Origin: a virus
Taxonomy: Duplodnaviria; Caudoviricetes
IMG/VR virus record: IMGVR_UViG_3300010270_000379
Location: 11,649 to 75,648 of that record
Reading direction: 5' to 3' (one strand)
Length of the DNA: 64,000 nucleotides
Positions 36,295 to 45,700 of this stretch are shown here, piece by piece (position 1 is the stretch's first letter; every line of letters starts with the position of its first letter). Below the pieces are notes generated by a model that searched no databases, was not told where the DNA came from, and was given only the letters and a program-made list of their open reading frames with translations. Both the position numbers and the translations under genes were made by a program.

Positions 36295-37061
36295 TTTTTT
36301 CCTCCTGACATTTTACGGTTCAAAGTTGTAAGCGGAATATTTAAAATCCTACTCAACTCTGTAATACATATTTTTTTCCCCTTAAAATATACATAAGTAT
36401 TGGAACTTCTGTTTTGTGCCTGTTCCTTCGGTGTAGCCCATCTACAATTTTCTGGATAGTAACCTTTGTTATTATCAATTCTGTCAATACTTAATCTATC
36501 ATTATATCCACTATTCAAAGCCCATTTTTGAAATTTTTCAAAATCTAGCCAATCATTACAAATTTTAATTCCTCTTGCACCATATCTTTTATATCGTGCC
36601 GACTTAGGATTTAAGCATCTAGCTTTCATTCCTTCCCAAATAATAAATATACGTGTTTTTGTTTTTCCATGTTTAGTGTTTGCTTTTTTACACATTTCTT
36701 TTTGATAGCAACCACATGATTTTGTACCATTTTTTCTTGTTAAATTATTTCCTAAAACAATTGTTGAATTTCCACAATCACATTTACAATTCCAATAAAT
36801 TCTATTTCCTTCTTTTCTGTTCAATGAAATTACAGTTAACAAACCGTATTTTTGACCTGATAAATCAGTAAATCGAATTTTGTTTTTCTCACATCCGCAA
36901 GATTTTTGAATGTTACTTAAAACATGATCACATCTAATAGTTTTTTCTATACCACAATCACAGCGGCATAGAAAATAACTATTTTTTTTGCCTTTCTGAA
37001 ATCCAATGATTAAGAGTTTATTATATTTTTCTCCTACATGAGATTCATAAGGTATTCTCAT
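36291..37061 (-). CDS. HNH homing endonuclease with CxC repeats
   Basis: CKCDCG, KSCGC, RYGARGI, SIDRIDNNKGY.PENCRWAT. Confidence 0.85.
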   Translation of the reverse strand: MRIPYESHVGEKYNKLLIIGFQKGKKNSYFLCRCDCGIEKTIRCDHVLSNIQKSCGCEKNKIRFTDLSGQKYGLLTVISLNRKEGNRIYWNCKCDCGNSTIVLGNNLTRKNGTKSCGCYQKEMCKKANTKHGKTKTRIFIIWEGMKARCLNPKSARYKRYGARGIKICNDWLDFEKFQKWALNSGYNDRLSIDRIDNNKGYYPENCRWATPKEQAQNRSSNTYVYFKGKKICITELSRILNIPLTTLNRKMSGGKK

Positions 37062-37070
37062 AACTTCCCC

Positions 37071-37196
37071 TTACAAATACAGTCTGTTTTTACGATTCAT
37101 TTTTGAATCAATTTTTTTGCCGTTCATGTGCGACCCCATTGTACGGTTAGTATGCTTTCTAACCTTGCCATTTCTGGTATGTGTTGTTTTTGCCAT
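37071..37196 (-). CDS. 41-aa basic peptide
   Basis: GGGAGG RBS; MAKTTHTRNGKVRKHTNRT... Confidence 0.5.
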   Translation of the reverse strand: MAKTTHTRNGKVRKHTNRTMGSHMNGKKIDSKMNRKNRLYL

Positions 37197-37217
37197 AATT
37201 TACGTTACCTCCCTAAA

Positions 37218-37928
37218 TTATTTATTTCGCATATTAATCCTGTATGAATCAAAATTAAATTCGATGCTCATACAGTTTTCTGTAAATCTATCAAAAATAG
37301 GTTTTCCTAAATATTCAACCAATTCTTTTTTTGATTTATTTGAAATCAGAACAGTACACTTTTTATTTTCATATCTCTCATTGATAATCATAAAAAGATA
37401 TTTTACTTCATCCTTGCTTTCAAACTTTCCAATTTCGTCAATAATCAAAACCGGATAATCTTTATATCTTTTCAAAAGTTCTTTTTTGGATTCATTTGCC
37501 TTAAAACTCTTGCAATCGTCTAGTTCAAGTTCTATTTCATAAGATTTTACAAAATGAGCATGTAAACATTCACGGCAAAGAATTGCAGCAAACATTGTTT
37601 TTCCGGTTCCAGAATTTCCAACCATCCATAATGTTTTTTCCTGGTAATCCTGGATAAACAACTTTAATTTATCCAAAACTTCCTTACGTTCTGGAATATT
37701 GCAGTTATAATTTTCAAAACTAGCATTATAATATCTTTCACCTATTCCACTAGCTTCAAGATTTTTCTGTTTTTCCTTTTCTTCATGTTTACGATTTTCT
37801 TTTTCCTGAGCTTCTATTTCTTCCGGTGTAGGCTGATGATTTTCATTCTGCTCCATTTCCTGACAAAGAGAATCAAGTTTATCAAGTCCAAAATTAAGAC
37901 CTTTTGTTACTTTAATTTCATCACTCAT
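37218..37928 (-). CDS. DnaC/IstB-like helicase-loader ATPase
   Basis: GNSGTGKT, LIIDEIG, IINERY, LISN. Confidence 0.85.
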   Translation of the reverse strand: MSDEIKVTKGLNFGLDKLDSLCQEMEQNENHQPTPEEIEAQEKENRKHEEKEKQKNLEASGIGERYYNASFENYNCNIPERKEVLDKLKLFIQDYQEKTLWMVGNSGTGKTMFAAILCRECLHAHFVKSYEIELELDDCKSFKANESKKELLKRYKDYPVLIIDEIGKFESKDEVKYLFMIINERYENKKCTVLISNKSKKELVEYLGKPIFDRFTENCMSIEFNFDSYRINMRNK

Positions 37929-37941
37929 AACTTTCCCCTGA

Positions 37942-38868
37942 TTAGAATGGTATATCTGATTCATTTACATTTTCAGTAAATCTATCACTTTCAGCTTTAC
38001 CAATATTTTTTGAATCGTACCAATTAGATTTATTTGACTGCTGCTGATTATTTTGAACTGAGCCATTGATTAAACGGTTGATTACATTACCTGAAAGAAT
38101 CAAATCAAAAGCATAACCATTATTAATTACAAAATTATCGTATGCAGCTTTTTTAACAGCATTTTTGATAACTTCAACCGGAATATTATTATCAAATAAA
38201 CCTTTTTCAAGCCTTCGAATTTTTTTCCAGGTTTCACTTGTTATTAAAGGATCTGGTGTATTAACTTTTTTCTGAGAATATAAAGAATCCCATAATTCTA
38301 TATATGCTTTTTCAACACATTCAAAATTGTTTTCAGGTTCTCTATTTCTTAAAGATTCTTTTTTATTTTTTGTAGTTTTTTTCTTTTCAGGTTTATTTAA
38401 ATCTGAATTTAAATCTGAATTTGAATTTAAATTTGAATTTAAATAGTGGGAAGGGTATGTATAGGGTATACATAGGGTATCAAAAGTTCCCTTAATATCA
38501 AATTGATAGCCTATTTCTTCAAGATAACATAATAAATCATCTGGTAACTTGCATAAAATAGCTGCAATTCCTTTAATTACGTTATCACTTTTTAATTGCT
38601 GATGCTTAGGAAAATTACGGATAATAATAAAATTATTGTATCTGTAAACCTTTTTAGCATCTTCAAATTTTCTTAAAATATGAGTTACAGTATCAGAATT
38701 AAAGCCTGTATCAAAGCATATTCTTTTTACAGTAAGCTCCATAACTCCGGCAATATTTGTAAGCGGATTTGTTAGCAAATAGATATATAACAGTTTTTCT
38801 GATGGATCCAATTCCTGAACCCATGAATCATCCCAAAATGATGTATCAATATAACGTTGTGTACTCAT
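37942..38868 (-). CDS. Phage replication initiator
   Basis: wHTH N-terminus (DPSEKLLYIYLLTNP), linker with DNA repeats, directly upstream of loader. Confidence 0.75.
   Translation of the reverse strand: MSTQRYIDTSFWDDSWVQELDPSEKLLYIYLLTNPLTNIAGVMELTVKRICFDTGFNSDTVTHILRKFEDAKKVYRYNNFIIIRNFPKHQQLKSDNVIKGIAAILCKLPDDLLCYLEEIGYQFDIKGTFDTLCIPYTYPSHYLNSNLNSNSDLNSDLNKPEKKKTTKNKKESLRNREPENNFECVEKAYIELWDSLYSQKKVNTPDPLITSETWKKIRRLEKGLFDNNIPVEVIKNAVKKAAYDNFVINNGYAFDLILSGNVINRLINGSVQNNQQQSNKSNWYDSKNIGKAESDRFTENVNESDIPF
38396..38480. repeat. Probable origin iterons plus AT-rich repeats inside the initiator gene
   Basis: AGGGTAT at 38452, 38463 and 38474 (11-bp phase); TGAATTT(AAAT) repeats at 38403-38444. 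Confidence 0.6.
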
Positions 38869-38871
38869 AAA

Positions 38872-39042
38872 TTATTTTTCCTCTCCGTTTTTGTCTAATT
38901 CATTTTTTAACTTGTTTAATTCTGCCGTTACGAGGCTTATCATTTCCGGTGTAAGTGATATAAAATTGTCTACACCGTTACTTTCCTGATGCATAGCAAT
39001 TTCATTGCCATTGATAACAATATCAATCTGCTTAAAATGCAT
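38872..39042 (-). CDS. 56-aa hypothetical protein
   Basis: AGGAG RBS; MHFKQIDIVING... Confidence 0.55.
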   Translation of the reverse strand: MHFKQIDIVINGNEIAMHQESNGVDNFISLTPEMISLVTAELNKLKNELDKNGEEK

Positions 39043-39055
39043 AGTTTTTTCTCCT

Positions 39056-39152
39056 AAAAAAAGAAAGCCCTCTAAGCCTGATAGTTCTTAGAGGGCCACA
39101 AAGTTCTTGTTGCCAAAAACCTTTAAGTAATCTATCAGGACCTTACTTAAAG
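39056..39152 (-). ncRNA. Structured leader RNA K1: hairpin + terminator with complementary loops
   Basis: 10-bp stems 39121-30/39143-52 and 39067-76/39087-96; loops CCTGATAG and CTATCAGG. Confidence 0.65.
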
Positions 39153-39161
39153 ATTCTTTTA

Positions 39162-39211
39162 AACGTTTTAATGCACGTTCGCAATTTCTTTTAAACGTGC
39201 TTTTAAACGGT
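39162..39211. promoter_or_regulatory. Two type-2 operators upstream of the replication module
   Basis: AACGTT-N6-CACGTT (39162) and AACGTG-CTTTTA-AACGGT (39194) match the 56073-56152 sites. Confidence 0.65.
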
Positions 39212-39234
39212 GTTATATAAAAAAAATACACCCA

Positions 39235-39633
39235 TTACGCTTGTTTGTCAAGAATTTCTTCCCATTTTTGAAAAGTATTATTCCATCTGGCCGGCACTAA
39301 GCAGCCTTTTTCTTTACTCCAGACTTTACCAGGCTCTTTAGGTGGTTCTGTATATCTTGTTCCATCAGATCTAGCACAATAATACATTCTAAATGTTTCA
39401 GCCGTAATATTTGCAGCACCACATTTAATACATTCATAATGTGAATCAAAATATTCAACATAGGATCCATCATTTTGTTTTACAGCCTCAGCAGTTTTTA
39501 CAAATTTTAAGGGCCTTAATTTCTCTTTCCAATTAATCCCTTCCTGTTCCATTTGTTTTACACAATACGGACAAAACTCATATTTTGTTTTACCTTCCAG
39601 GTATTTATGTGAAATTTCACGTTTATTTGACAT
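39235..39633 (-). CDS. Zn-finger hypothetical protein
   Basis: CPYC...CIKC. Confidence 0.6.
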   Translation of the reverse strand: MSNKREISHKYLEGKTKYEFCPYCVKQMEQEGINWKEKLRPLKFVKTAEAVKQNDGSYVEYFDSHYECIKCGAANITAETFRMYYCARSDGTRYTEPPKEPGKVWSKEKGCLVPARWNNTFQKWEEILDKQA

Positions 39634-39943
39634 TTGAATCTCTCCTATATACTATTTTTGTTATTTTTTTGTTATCATTTTGTTTTTGTTTGTTATTCCA
39701 CCTATTCCGCATACCCTTTTTACCGGCCTTACTTCTGAGTTCTGAGAGTATTTCTTCTTCTTTTTCAAGTTCTATAACACGTTGAAATTGCGTAAAGATA
39801 GTCATAGCTTTATTTGATAACTTTTCTGGTAATTTACCGGTGTCAGCATAAGCGGCTAAAGCATTTACTAATTTCTTAAACTGAAAAGGATTTAATTTAT
39901 TCATCTTTTCCAGATAACCTACATAAAAATTAAACTTATCCAT
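39623..39943 (-). CDS. DUF6291-like protein
   Basis: F.FY..YLE...L...L..YA..G..P...RSKAGKKG..NRW. Confidence 0.55.
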   Translation of the reverse strand: MDKFNFYVGYLEKMNKLNPFQFKKLVNALAAYADTGKLPEKLSNKAMTIFTQFQRVIELEKEEEILSELRSKAGKKGMRNRWNNKQKQNDNKKITKIVYRRDSNVK

Positions 39944-40211
39944 TTTTCTTTTTCCTCCTGGTTTCTGCATGGTGTTTAGCATCATATTTTAAATGACACG
40001 GCGCACAATAAGCCTGTAAATTATCCTCAGCACAATTCATTGGATCATGGTCCTTATGTGATACGGTTAAAGTTCTTTTATGTGTATCAAAAGGTTCCCC
40101 AGGTTTACGGCATTGTTTACCGCATTTTTCACACTTCCAACCTACACTTTCCTTTTTATTAAAAGCTATTTGCTTCCAATCTGGCGGATAATTTTTCCAA
40201 TTTACCGGCAT
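39936..40211 (-). CDS. HNH endonuclease-like protein
   Basis: CEKCG...LTVSHKDHDP.N...NL...C..CH. Confidence 0.75.
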   Translation of the reverse strand: MPVNWKNYPPDWKQIAFNKKESVGWKCEKCGKQCRKPGEPFDTHKRTLTVSHKDHDPMNCAEDNLQAYCAPCHLKYDAKHHAETRRKKKNG

Positions 40212-40215
40212 ATTT

Positions 40216-40596
40216 TTATACCTCCTTTACATCTGATAAATGTAAAGCAAATACAAGTTTACCCTCGATATGTAAATCAGTATTTTCACCTGAAACAGCT
40301 TCAATTCTTTTTATTTTCGCTGTCATTTTTGTATTTGTATATCCAAGTCTTAAAATACAAGGAATACAGCAATTTATACCTTCACAGGCAGATTCAATAA
40401 AACCACTCCAAGCATAAAGAGCATCATCCGAATTATCATTAATCCATTGCGCTAATTCATCATCAGATGAAACACTATTACAATAAGCATTTACAAGCCT
40501 ACTTTTCCAATAATCTGTAGTACGTCTGTATTCAATAGTCTTTTCACCAGACTTAATTTTTTCATACCATTGTTTCTTTAATGGAAATATCAGCAT
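40216..40596 (-). CDS. ASCH/PUA-like domain protein
   Basis: LKKQWYEKIKSGEKTIEYR. Confidence 0.75.
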   Translation of the reverse strand: MLIFPLKKQWYEKIKSGEKTIEYRRTTDYWKSRLVNAYCNSVSSDDELAQWINDNSDDALYAWSGFIESACEGINCCIPCILRLGYTNTKMTAKIKRIEAVSGENTDLHIEGKLVFALHLSDVKEV

Positions 40597-40748
40597 TATT
40601 TACACTCCTTTTCTATGAATCTTCGTATAATCTGCCCTAAAATACAGATAGCAAATATAACTAACATTCTTTCAGAACCTTTATCAATTATTGGAGCAAT
40701 AGCACCGCAAATTAAACCAATTATAAATCCTAAGTTATATATCATCAT
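40596..40748 (-). CDS. 50-aa two-TM membrane protein
   Basis: Translated by hand; TAATG overlap with next gene. Confidence 0.5.
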   Translation of the reverse strand: MMIYNLGFIIGLICGAIAPIIDKGSERMLVIFAICILGQIIRRFIEKECK

Positions 40749-41011
40749 TCAACTCCTATAAATGGACTTTCAATTGTTCCAAGAGGTTTTAATTTAGATT
40801 TTGGTGAATCAAATTCTTTTTTCTCTAAAAAATAAATCCGATGCTGTTCTAAATTAACAAACCTTTCAAGTTTATCTTGAATCTTTAATATTCTTTCTCT
40901 TTCTGCAGCGTTCTGAGCTTGTACTTCTATATCCTGTACGTCAAAATCACATAGTAAATAACAATTAATTGCAGATAGTAAATCTCTGGCCTCTTGTTCT
41001 GTAATTTTCAT
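40745..41011 (-). CDS. Hypothetical protein
   Basis: In-operon ORF. Confidence 0.55.
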   Translation of the reverse strand: MKITEQEARDLLSAINCYLLCDFDVQDIEVQAQNAAERERILKIQDKLERFVNLEQHRIYFLEKKEFDSPKSKLKPLGTIESPFIGVE

Positions 41012-41284
41012 TTATTCCACATCCCTTAGAAACTTTTCAGTCATTGCAATATTCTCATTAAGTTTTGGAACATCTTCATGTACTAACGCTTTCAATGCTC
41101 TACAGTGTTTTAATAATTCTTTTATTATAAATAATGCTTCTTCCTGTTGTTCTTCTGTAATAAGTTCTTTCCAATTTCTACGTTGAAAAGGTAATCCACA
41201 AGTTTTACACATCTTCAAACTTTTTGGATCTGTTTTATTACCGAATTTACAGTTATAACAACGTTGTTTTTTGAAAATAGCCAT
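41012..41284 (-). CDS. Hypothetical protein (Cys cluster)
   Basis: CYNCK...CKTC. Confidence 0.55.
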   Translation of the reverse strand: MAIFKKQRCYNCKFGNKTDPKSLKMCKTCGLPFQRRNWKELITEEQQEEALFIIKELLKHCRALKALVHEDVPKLNENIAMTEKFLRDVE

Positions 41285-41586
41285 TATTCCTCCTGATCTT
41301 CATTGTAATACTGTATTTTTACATCTGGATAACATGGCATTTTTTTTCCACAACCAATATAAGTACCAAAAATATTTATAAAAACATGTATTTGAAATTC
41401 CACATATCCGTTTTCATCATAATTAATTTTTGGCAATGGTAAGCCGTATTTTGTAAAACTTGCCTGATATATTTTGATTCCATAATCAGTTAATCTGACT
41501 TTTATGTAATGATTAAGATTAGTTTTTATCCAACATCTTTTTTTTGAAAAAGGTAAAGTATATTCTTTATCTGCCTTTTCAGCCAT
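41284..41586 (-). CDS. Hypothetical protein
   Basis: In-operon ORF. Confidence 0.55.
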   Translation of the reverse strand: MAEKADKEYTLPFSKKRCWIKTNLNHYIKVRLTDYGIKIYQASFTKYGLPLPKINYDENGYVEFQIHVFINIFGTYIGCGKKMPCYPDVKIQYYNEDQEE

Positions 41587-41588
41587 AA

Positions 41589-42476
41589 TTATTCCCCCTG
41601 AGCTGCTAAAGCCATTGCAGCAAGGCTATCAGTTGAATCTATATCTTCAATGGCATTATCCATATCAGCCATTGAGATAATTCCAATTTCATTATTCCTT
41701 TGTACAAGCTCATTACACTTTCTATAGGCCATTTCTACCCTTCCCCTTAAATGCGGATAAACTTCAAAGAATTCTTCCCAGGTTTTACACTGTTGATGAA
41801 AAAAGTTATGTTCATCTGGTGTAAGAGCTAAGATATTCCAGGCCTTTTCAATTGCAGCCGGACAAGCACCGCGACTAACAATATGATGAAAATGTACAGG
41901 TGTACGGCCTGATGCTTCTGAATAAACTAGATATTCTCTTATTTCTGAAATAGTTCTATCATCGTTTACGTCATGTTCCTGTTTACCGCGCCAAATTTCC
42001 CATTCATATAACACACTTCTTACATCGGCCTGTAAGTCATTAGGAAGGTTACACATTGTTGTAACGTGAAAAAGTAAACCATCTATTAAATGCGAACCGG
42101 CCATTGTATTAGCTTCTGAAATATGAATTGATCTTAGTTCACCGGTATATCTGTTAGGAATTTTATCAGCATAAAGGCCTAATAAGTCTAAATAAAGGCT
42201 ATATTTTTCTTCTTCCGTAGGTTTTCGGTGATTCTCAGAATCAGACTGAAAAATCACCGTTACCAACTTAAATACAGCCCTTAATTGCTTAAAGGTTCTT
42301 TTTTGAAAAGCTGCATCTATCTCACATTCAAGTAAAATCTCTTTTTCAGTTCTCTTTTCACGTTCTGATTTTGACTTGAATAACTTTCTTAGAGTTATTA
42401 AATCTTGTTCATCCGTAACTTTGAGAACTACTTTATCTTGAATAAGGCATCCATGAAAGAAAGAACAGATTTTCAC
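41589..42476 (-). CDS. HNHc-like nuclease of the recombination module
   Basis: HFHHIVSRG...NILALTPDEHNFFH; follows recT. Confidence 0.6.
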   Translation of the reverse strand: MKICSFFHGCLIQDKVVLKVTDEQDLITLRKLFKSKSEREKRTEKEILLECEIDAAFQKRTFKQLRAVFKLVTVIFQSDSENHRKPTEEEKYSLYLDLLGLYADKIPNRYTGELRSIHISEANTMAGSHLIDGLLFHVTTMCNLPNDLQADVRSVLYEWEIWRGKQEHDVNDDRTISEIREYLVYSEASGRTPVHFHHIVSRGACPAAIEKAWNILALTPDEHNFFHQQCKTWEEFFEVYPHLRGRVEMAYRKCNELVQRNNEIGIISMADMDNAIEDIDSTDSLAAMALAAQGE

Positions 42477-42486
42477 GTTTTACCCC

Positions 42487-43467
42487 TTAGAAAATATCCT
42501 GAACACTTCCAGGAGCATTTTCAAAGGCAGCATCAGCGGCAGCCATTTCTTCATCTGTCATACCGTTCATTTCATCAAAAGATGGCTGAATAGGTTCTTT
42601 TGTTTCAGGTTTTCCAACATTTACTTTTTCAGCCATTTTTTTTGGAGCTTCGGCCCAATTTGTTTTATCTTCAATAGCCGGAGTTTCTACAGTTTCAGCC
42701 GAATCATCTGATACAGTGTATTCAAAATCTTCTGTAACATCTTTCAAATCTGCTCTTTCGTCTCTAATTACGGCATCCATAGCCTCAATAGAGATAGGAC
42801 AAAGTTTAAGCGCCTGGATAACAACAGTTTTCAAAGCCATTGCATCAAAATTCTTGTTCCAGATGTTACTTGAATCTTTTGGATCATAGGCCTTAGAAAA
42901 TTTATTACGGTGATTTTCAACATCTTTTTTAGACATTACCTTGAACTGTGAACCACCGTTACAAAGTTCTACAAGGCAGTAATAGCCGATCACTTCACCA
43001 CGTTCTTTCATAATGTCAATTTTATGACTAAGTTTACGGCCCATACCAAGTTCAACTTCAAAAATATCATTTTCGTGTATAGGTTCTGCAGCAATTGTCT
43101 TAATTGTATTAGAACGTCTTGCCAATGCTATGAGGCCTTTATATCCAAGCTGTAAATGCGCTGTCATAACACCTTTTTCGTTGTACGGAATAAGATAGGC
43201 CTGGCCTAACATACCGTTTAATTCAAGGCCATAGGCAGCAGCTTCCTTCAATGCACGAAAAATAGATTCTTTAGAACATTTCACAAGATTAGGCATCTTA
43301 GGATTAGTAATAGCCAAAATTGCAGACTGCATAAAACGATCTACGTTTACGGTATTAGCCGGTAAAGCCTGTAAGAATGAACCTTTTTTATCATTCAACC
43401 ATTCTCCCAAAGTTCCCTTCTTTTCGGTTGTAGGAACCTGATTAGCATTTGAGCCATTTGTTTTCAT
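42487..43467 (-). CDS. recT: RecT family single-strand annealing protein
   Basis: LGQAYLIPY, QLGYKGLIALARRS, W..NFDAMALKTV. Confidence 0.92.
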   Translation of the reverse strand: MKTNGSNANQVPTTEKKGTLGEWLNDKKGSFLQALPANTVNVDRFMQSAILAITNPKMPNLVKCSKESIFRALKEAAAYGLELNGMLGQAYLIPYNEKGVMTAHLQLGYKGLIALARRSNTIKTIAAEPIHENDIFEVELGMGRKLSHKIDIMKERGEVIGYYCLVELCNGGSQFKVMSKKDVENHRNKFSKAYDPKDSSNIWNKNFDAMALKTVVIQALKLCPISIEAMDAVIRDERADLKDVTEDFEYTVSDDSAETVETPAIEDKTNWAEAPKKMAEKVNVGKPETKEPIQPSFDEMNGMTDEEMAAADAAFENAPGSVQDIF

Positions 43468-43504
43468 AGTGTTTTTCTCCTTATATTTACTTTTATACCC
43501 TAAG

Positions 43505-43524
43505 TGTATATATTTTGTTTACAC
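43505..43524. promoter_or_regulatory. Operator type 3 copy upstream of recT
   Basis: TGTATATATTTTGTTTACAC within a CCCTAAGTGTA/TACACCTAGGG repeat; overlaps TAAACA-18-TATAAA. Confidence 0.65.
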
Positions 43525-43538
43525 CTAGGGCAAAAAAA

Positions 43539-44549
43539 TTAATCTATTTTTTTTTCAGAAATTCTAAGAATTCTATATGCTGATTCTTTTTTATAATCAT
43601 CAAACAAGCCTGATTTTTTCAAAGCATCTGTATCTACAGAGTATTTTTTCTGCAGATTATATGACAATTTGAAACGTTCACCGGCACCGTTTACCTTTTC
43701 AGCCGTTGCACTATCGCTATGACTTAAAGCTGAAAGTTTAATCAAGATAGAATCATTCAAGGCACTTTCTTTTTGTTTCAAGTCCTTTATCTGCTGCTGA
43801 ACTTCCATTCTCTGAGCAATTAAATCTTCTGTTTCTGTATCAAGTTCAACAGTATCAGCAATGTTAAGGTTAGCTGTATATTCACTTTCGGAATCAATTC
43901 CTAAAGGCTCCGGTGGATTATTAGTCAAAACAAAGTTTTCCCAAAAATCTTTTTCAGCCGGCAAGAGTCTGGAATAGATAAAATCGTCATTACGTCTAAT
44001 AACATAATGTCTCGCCTTTTTTGTATTCATAAAGAAAGCTGTAAGAATAAACCAAGGTAAATTAGTTACGGCCATATAGTGTTGAACCTGGCAATAGTAA
44101 CTATCTGGAATTTCATCCTCACTAAAGCCTTCACCACGGCTAGAAGTCTTAATTTCAAAACCTCCAAGACCTTCTACTGTTTCCCCTCCGATTGTTACCT
44201 GATTTTCAGCATGGCAGAGACCGTCAATATTTGCGTTCATATATGGAATGTCATTAGATGTATACATACCAGGAACACTAATAATCTCTATTCCAAGTTC
44301 TTCTGCAGCTTTTTTTCTGATAGGATCTTCAAGAATATGGCCCCATTCTGTAGCCGCATTTCCCTTAAATCCTTCTACATTCTTTTTAGAAAGATAAATT
44401 GTTAAAGGTGATGCATATTTATTAAGGCCCATAATTGCACCGGCATCACTACCACCAATTCCGGTAGTTCTCATTTCAAGCCATTTTTCCGGTTCTTTAT
44501 CCTGTTCAACAGGTGTAAACTTCGCATTAATAGACAAGTAATCTATCAT
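43539..44549 (-). CDS. YqaJ-like exonuclease
   Basis: W..MR..GIGGSD, WGHILE, ANIDG, EIKT, YYCQVQHYM. Confidence 0.92.
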   Translation of the reverse strand: MIDYLSINAKFTPVEQDKEPEKWLEMRTTGIGGSDAGAIMGLNKYASPLTIYLSKKNVEGFKGNAATEWGHILEDPIRKKAAEELGIEIISVPGMYTSNDIPYMNANIDGLCHAENQVTIGGETVEGLGGFEIKTSSRGEGFSEDEIPDSYYCQVQHYMAVTNLPWFILTAFFMNTKKARHYVIRRNDDFIYSRLLPAEKDFWENFVLTNNPPEPLGIDSESEYTANLNIADTVELDTETEDLIAQRMEVQQQIKDLKQKESALNDSILIKLSALSHSDSATAEKVNGAGERFKLSYNLQKKYSVDTDALKKSGLFDDYKKESAYRILRISEKKID

Positions 44550-44713
44550 TATTCAGCCTCCTTCATTGCTTCTGCAACTGTCATGTTGTCAATTTCATCC
44601 TGGATTTTTTCAGCTTTTTTTACCAAGGAAGCAATTTTATTATTGTCTTTTGTACTGTTTACTTCTTTGATAACATCATCTTTTTCTGCCTTTAATTTTG
44701 CATACTTAGTCAT
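44549..44713 (-). CDS. 54-aa hypothetical protein
   Basis: AGGAG RBS; TAATG overlap with yqaJ. Confidence 0.55.
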   Translation of the reverse strand: MTKYAKLKAEKDDVIKEVNSTKDNNKIASLVKKAEKIQDEIDNMTVAEAMKEAE

Positions 44714-44734
44714 TTTTATATCTCCTATTTATTT

Positions 44735-45490
44735 TTATTCAGCCTTTCCAATTAAAGAAGGCTTCATATTCTTTTCAGCGGCAGCACATAAAGCATTAAT
44801 CTTTTTCTGCTGTTCTGGTGTAAAACCTTTATTACAAAATGCTTTTTCAATTTTCTGCATACCTTTAGGAGTAATGTGAAATTGAACACAAGAAAAATTA
44901 TCTTTTGTATACAGATAATTTTTTACATATCCTAAATCAATTCCTAAAGCTGTAGCCTGATATTTTCCTTTTTTATCTGGATTATCATGTCTTTCGCGCA
45001 TAATATATTTTTTAATTTCAAGGAATTGCAAAATATCATCGCGCTTTATTTTTAAGAGTTTAGCTACATTAGTTGCACTGAATGTACCATCTGATTCTGC
45101 AAAAGCTCTCCACGATTCTGCATCCGGTGTAAGTTCTTCAATCTGTTTATTTTTATTTTCAAGTTGCTGCTGTAATTCAATGGACCGTCTCTGTAAAATA
45201 GCCATTGCATTAGCTATTGTCTGATTTTCTTCTAATTCTGTAGAAACATTATCAATCTGACGATTTGCAAGATTATGATGCTTTTGTATTTCTTGTTTAA
45301 TAAGTGTAGATTGTTTTTCTGTAAAAAGATAACCACCTTGATTATTCTTTTTAACTGAGCCGAGTACACGACCGAGTTTTTTTACTGTAGTTTTTACAGT
45401 AGTTAAACTCACATGTAATACATTTGAAAGTTCCAATGTAGTCATTAACTTTTCAGGAACTTCAACCGATAAAGATAATGAGTTATCCAT
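44735..45490 (-). CDS. Phage antirepressor (ANT/KilAC-like C-terminal domain)
   Basis: PDAESW..F...G.FS...VAKLL...QFHITPKG. Confidence 0.8.
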   Translation of the reverse strand: MDNSLSLSVEVPEKLMTTLELSNVLHVSLTTVKTTVKKLGRVLGSVKKNNQGGYLFTEKQSTLIKQEIQKHHNLANRQIDNVSTELEENQTIANAMAILQRRSIELQQQLENKNKQIEELTPDAESWRAFAESDGTFSATNVAKLLKIKRDDILQFLEIKKYIMRERHDNPDKKGKYQATALGIDLGYVKNYLYTKDNFSCVQFHITPKGMQKIEKAFCNKGFTPEQQKKINALCAAAEKNMKPSLIGKAE

Positions 45491-45549
45491 ACAGATTACT
45501 CCTTGCGATGTAGGTTTAAGTTTCTCAGGCTGTGGCCTACTTCGCTTGT

Positions 45550-45672
45550 AAAAAGAAAGCCCTTAGAAGTTTTCCACCTTGTAGGAGAGATACAAGGTTC
45601 TGCACGGAAAAACCTCTAAGGGCTGTAAAGTTGGCAAGCAACTTAGAAAAGTGCAGATTTTTTCTAAATTGC
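45550..45672 (-). ncRNA. Structured leader RNA K2 upstream of antirepressor
   Basis: Hairpin 45638-50/45660-72 with loop TCTGCAC; terminator 45558-73/45609-24 with internal GTGCAGA. Confidence 0.7.
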
Positions 45673-45700
45673 CTAAACAGATTGACAATCTGTATTAATC

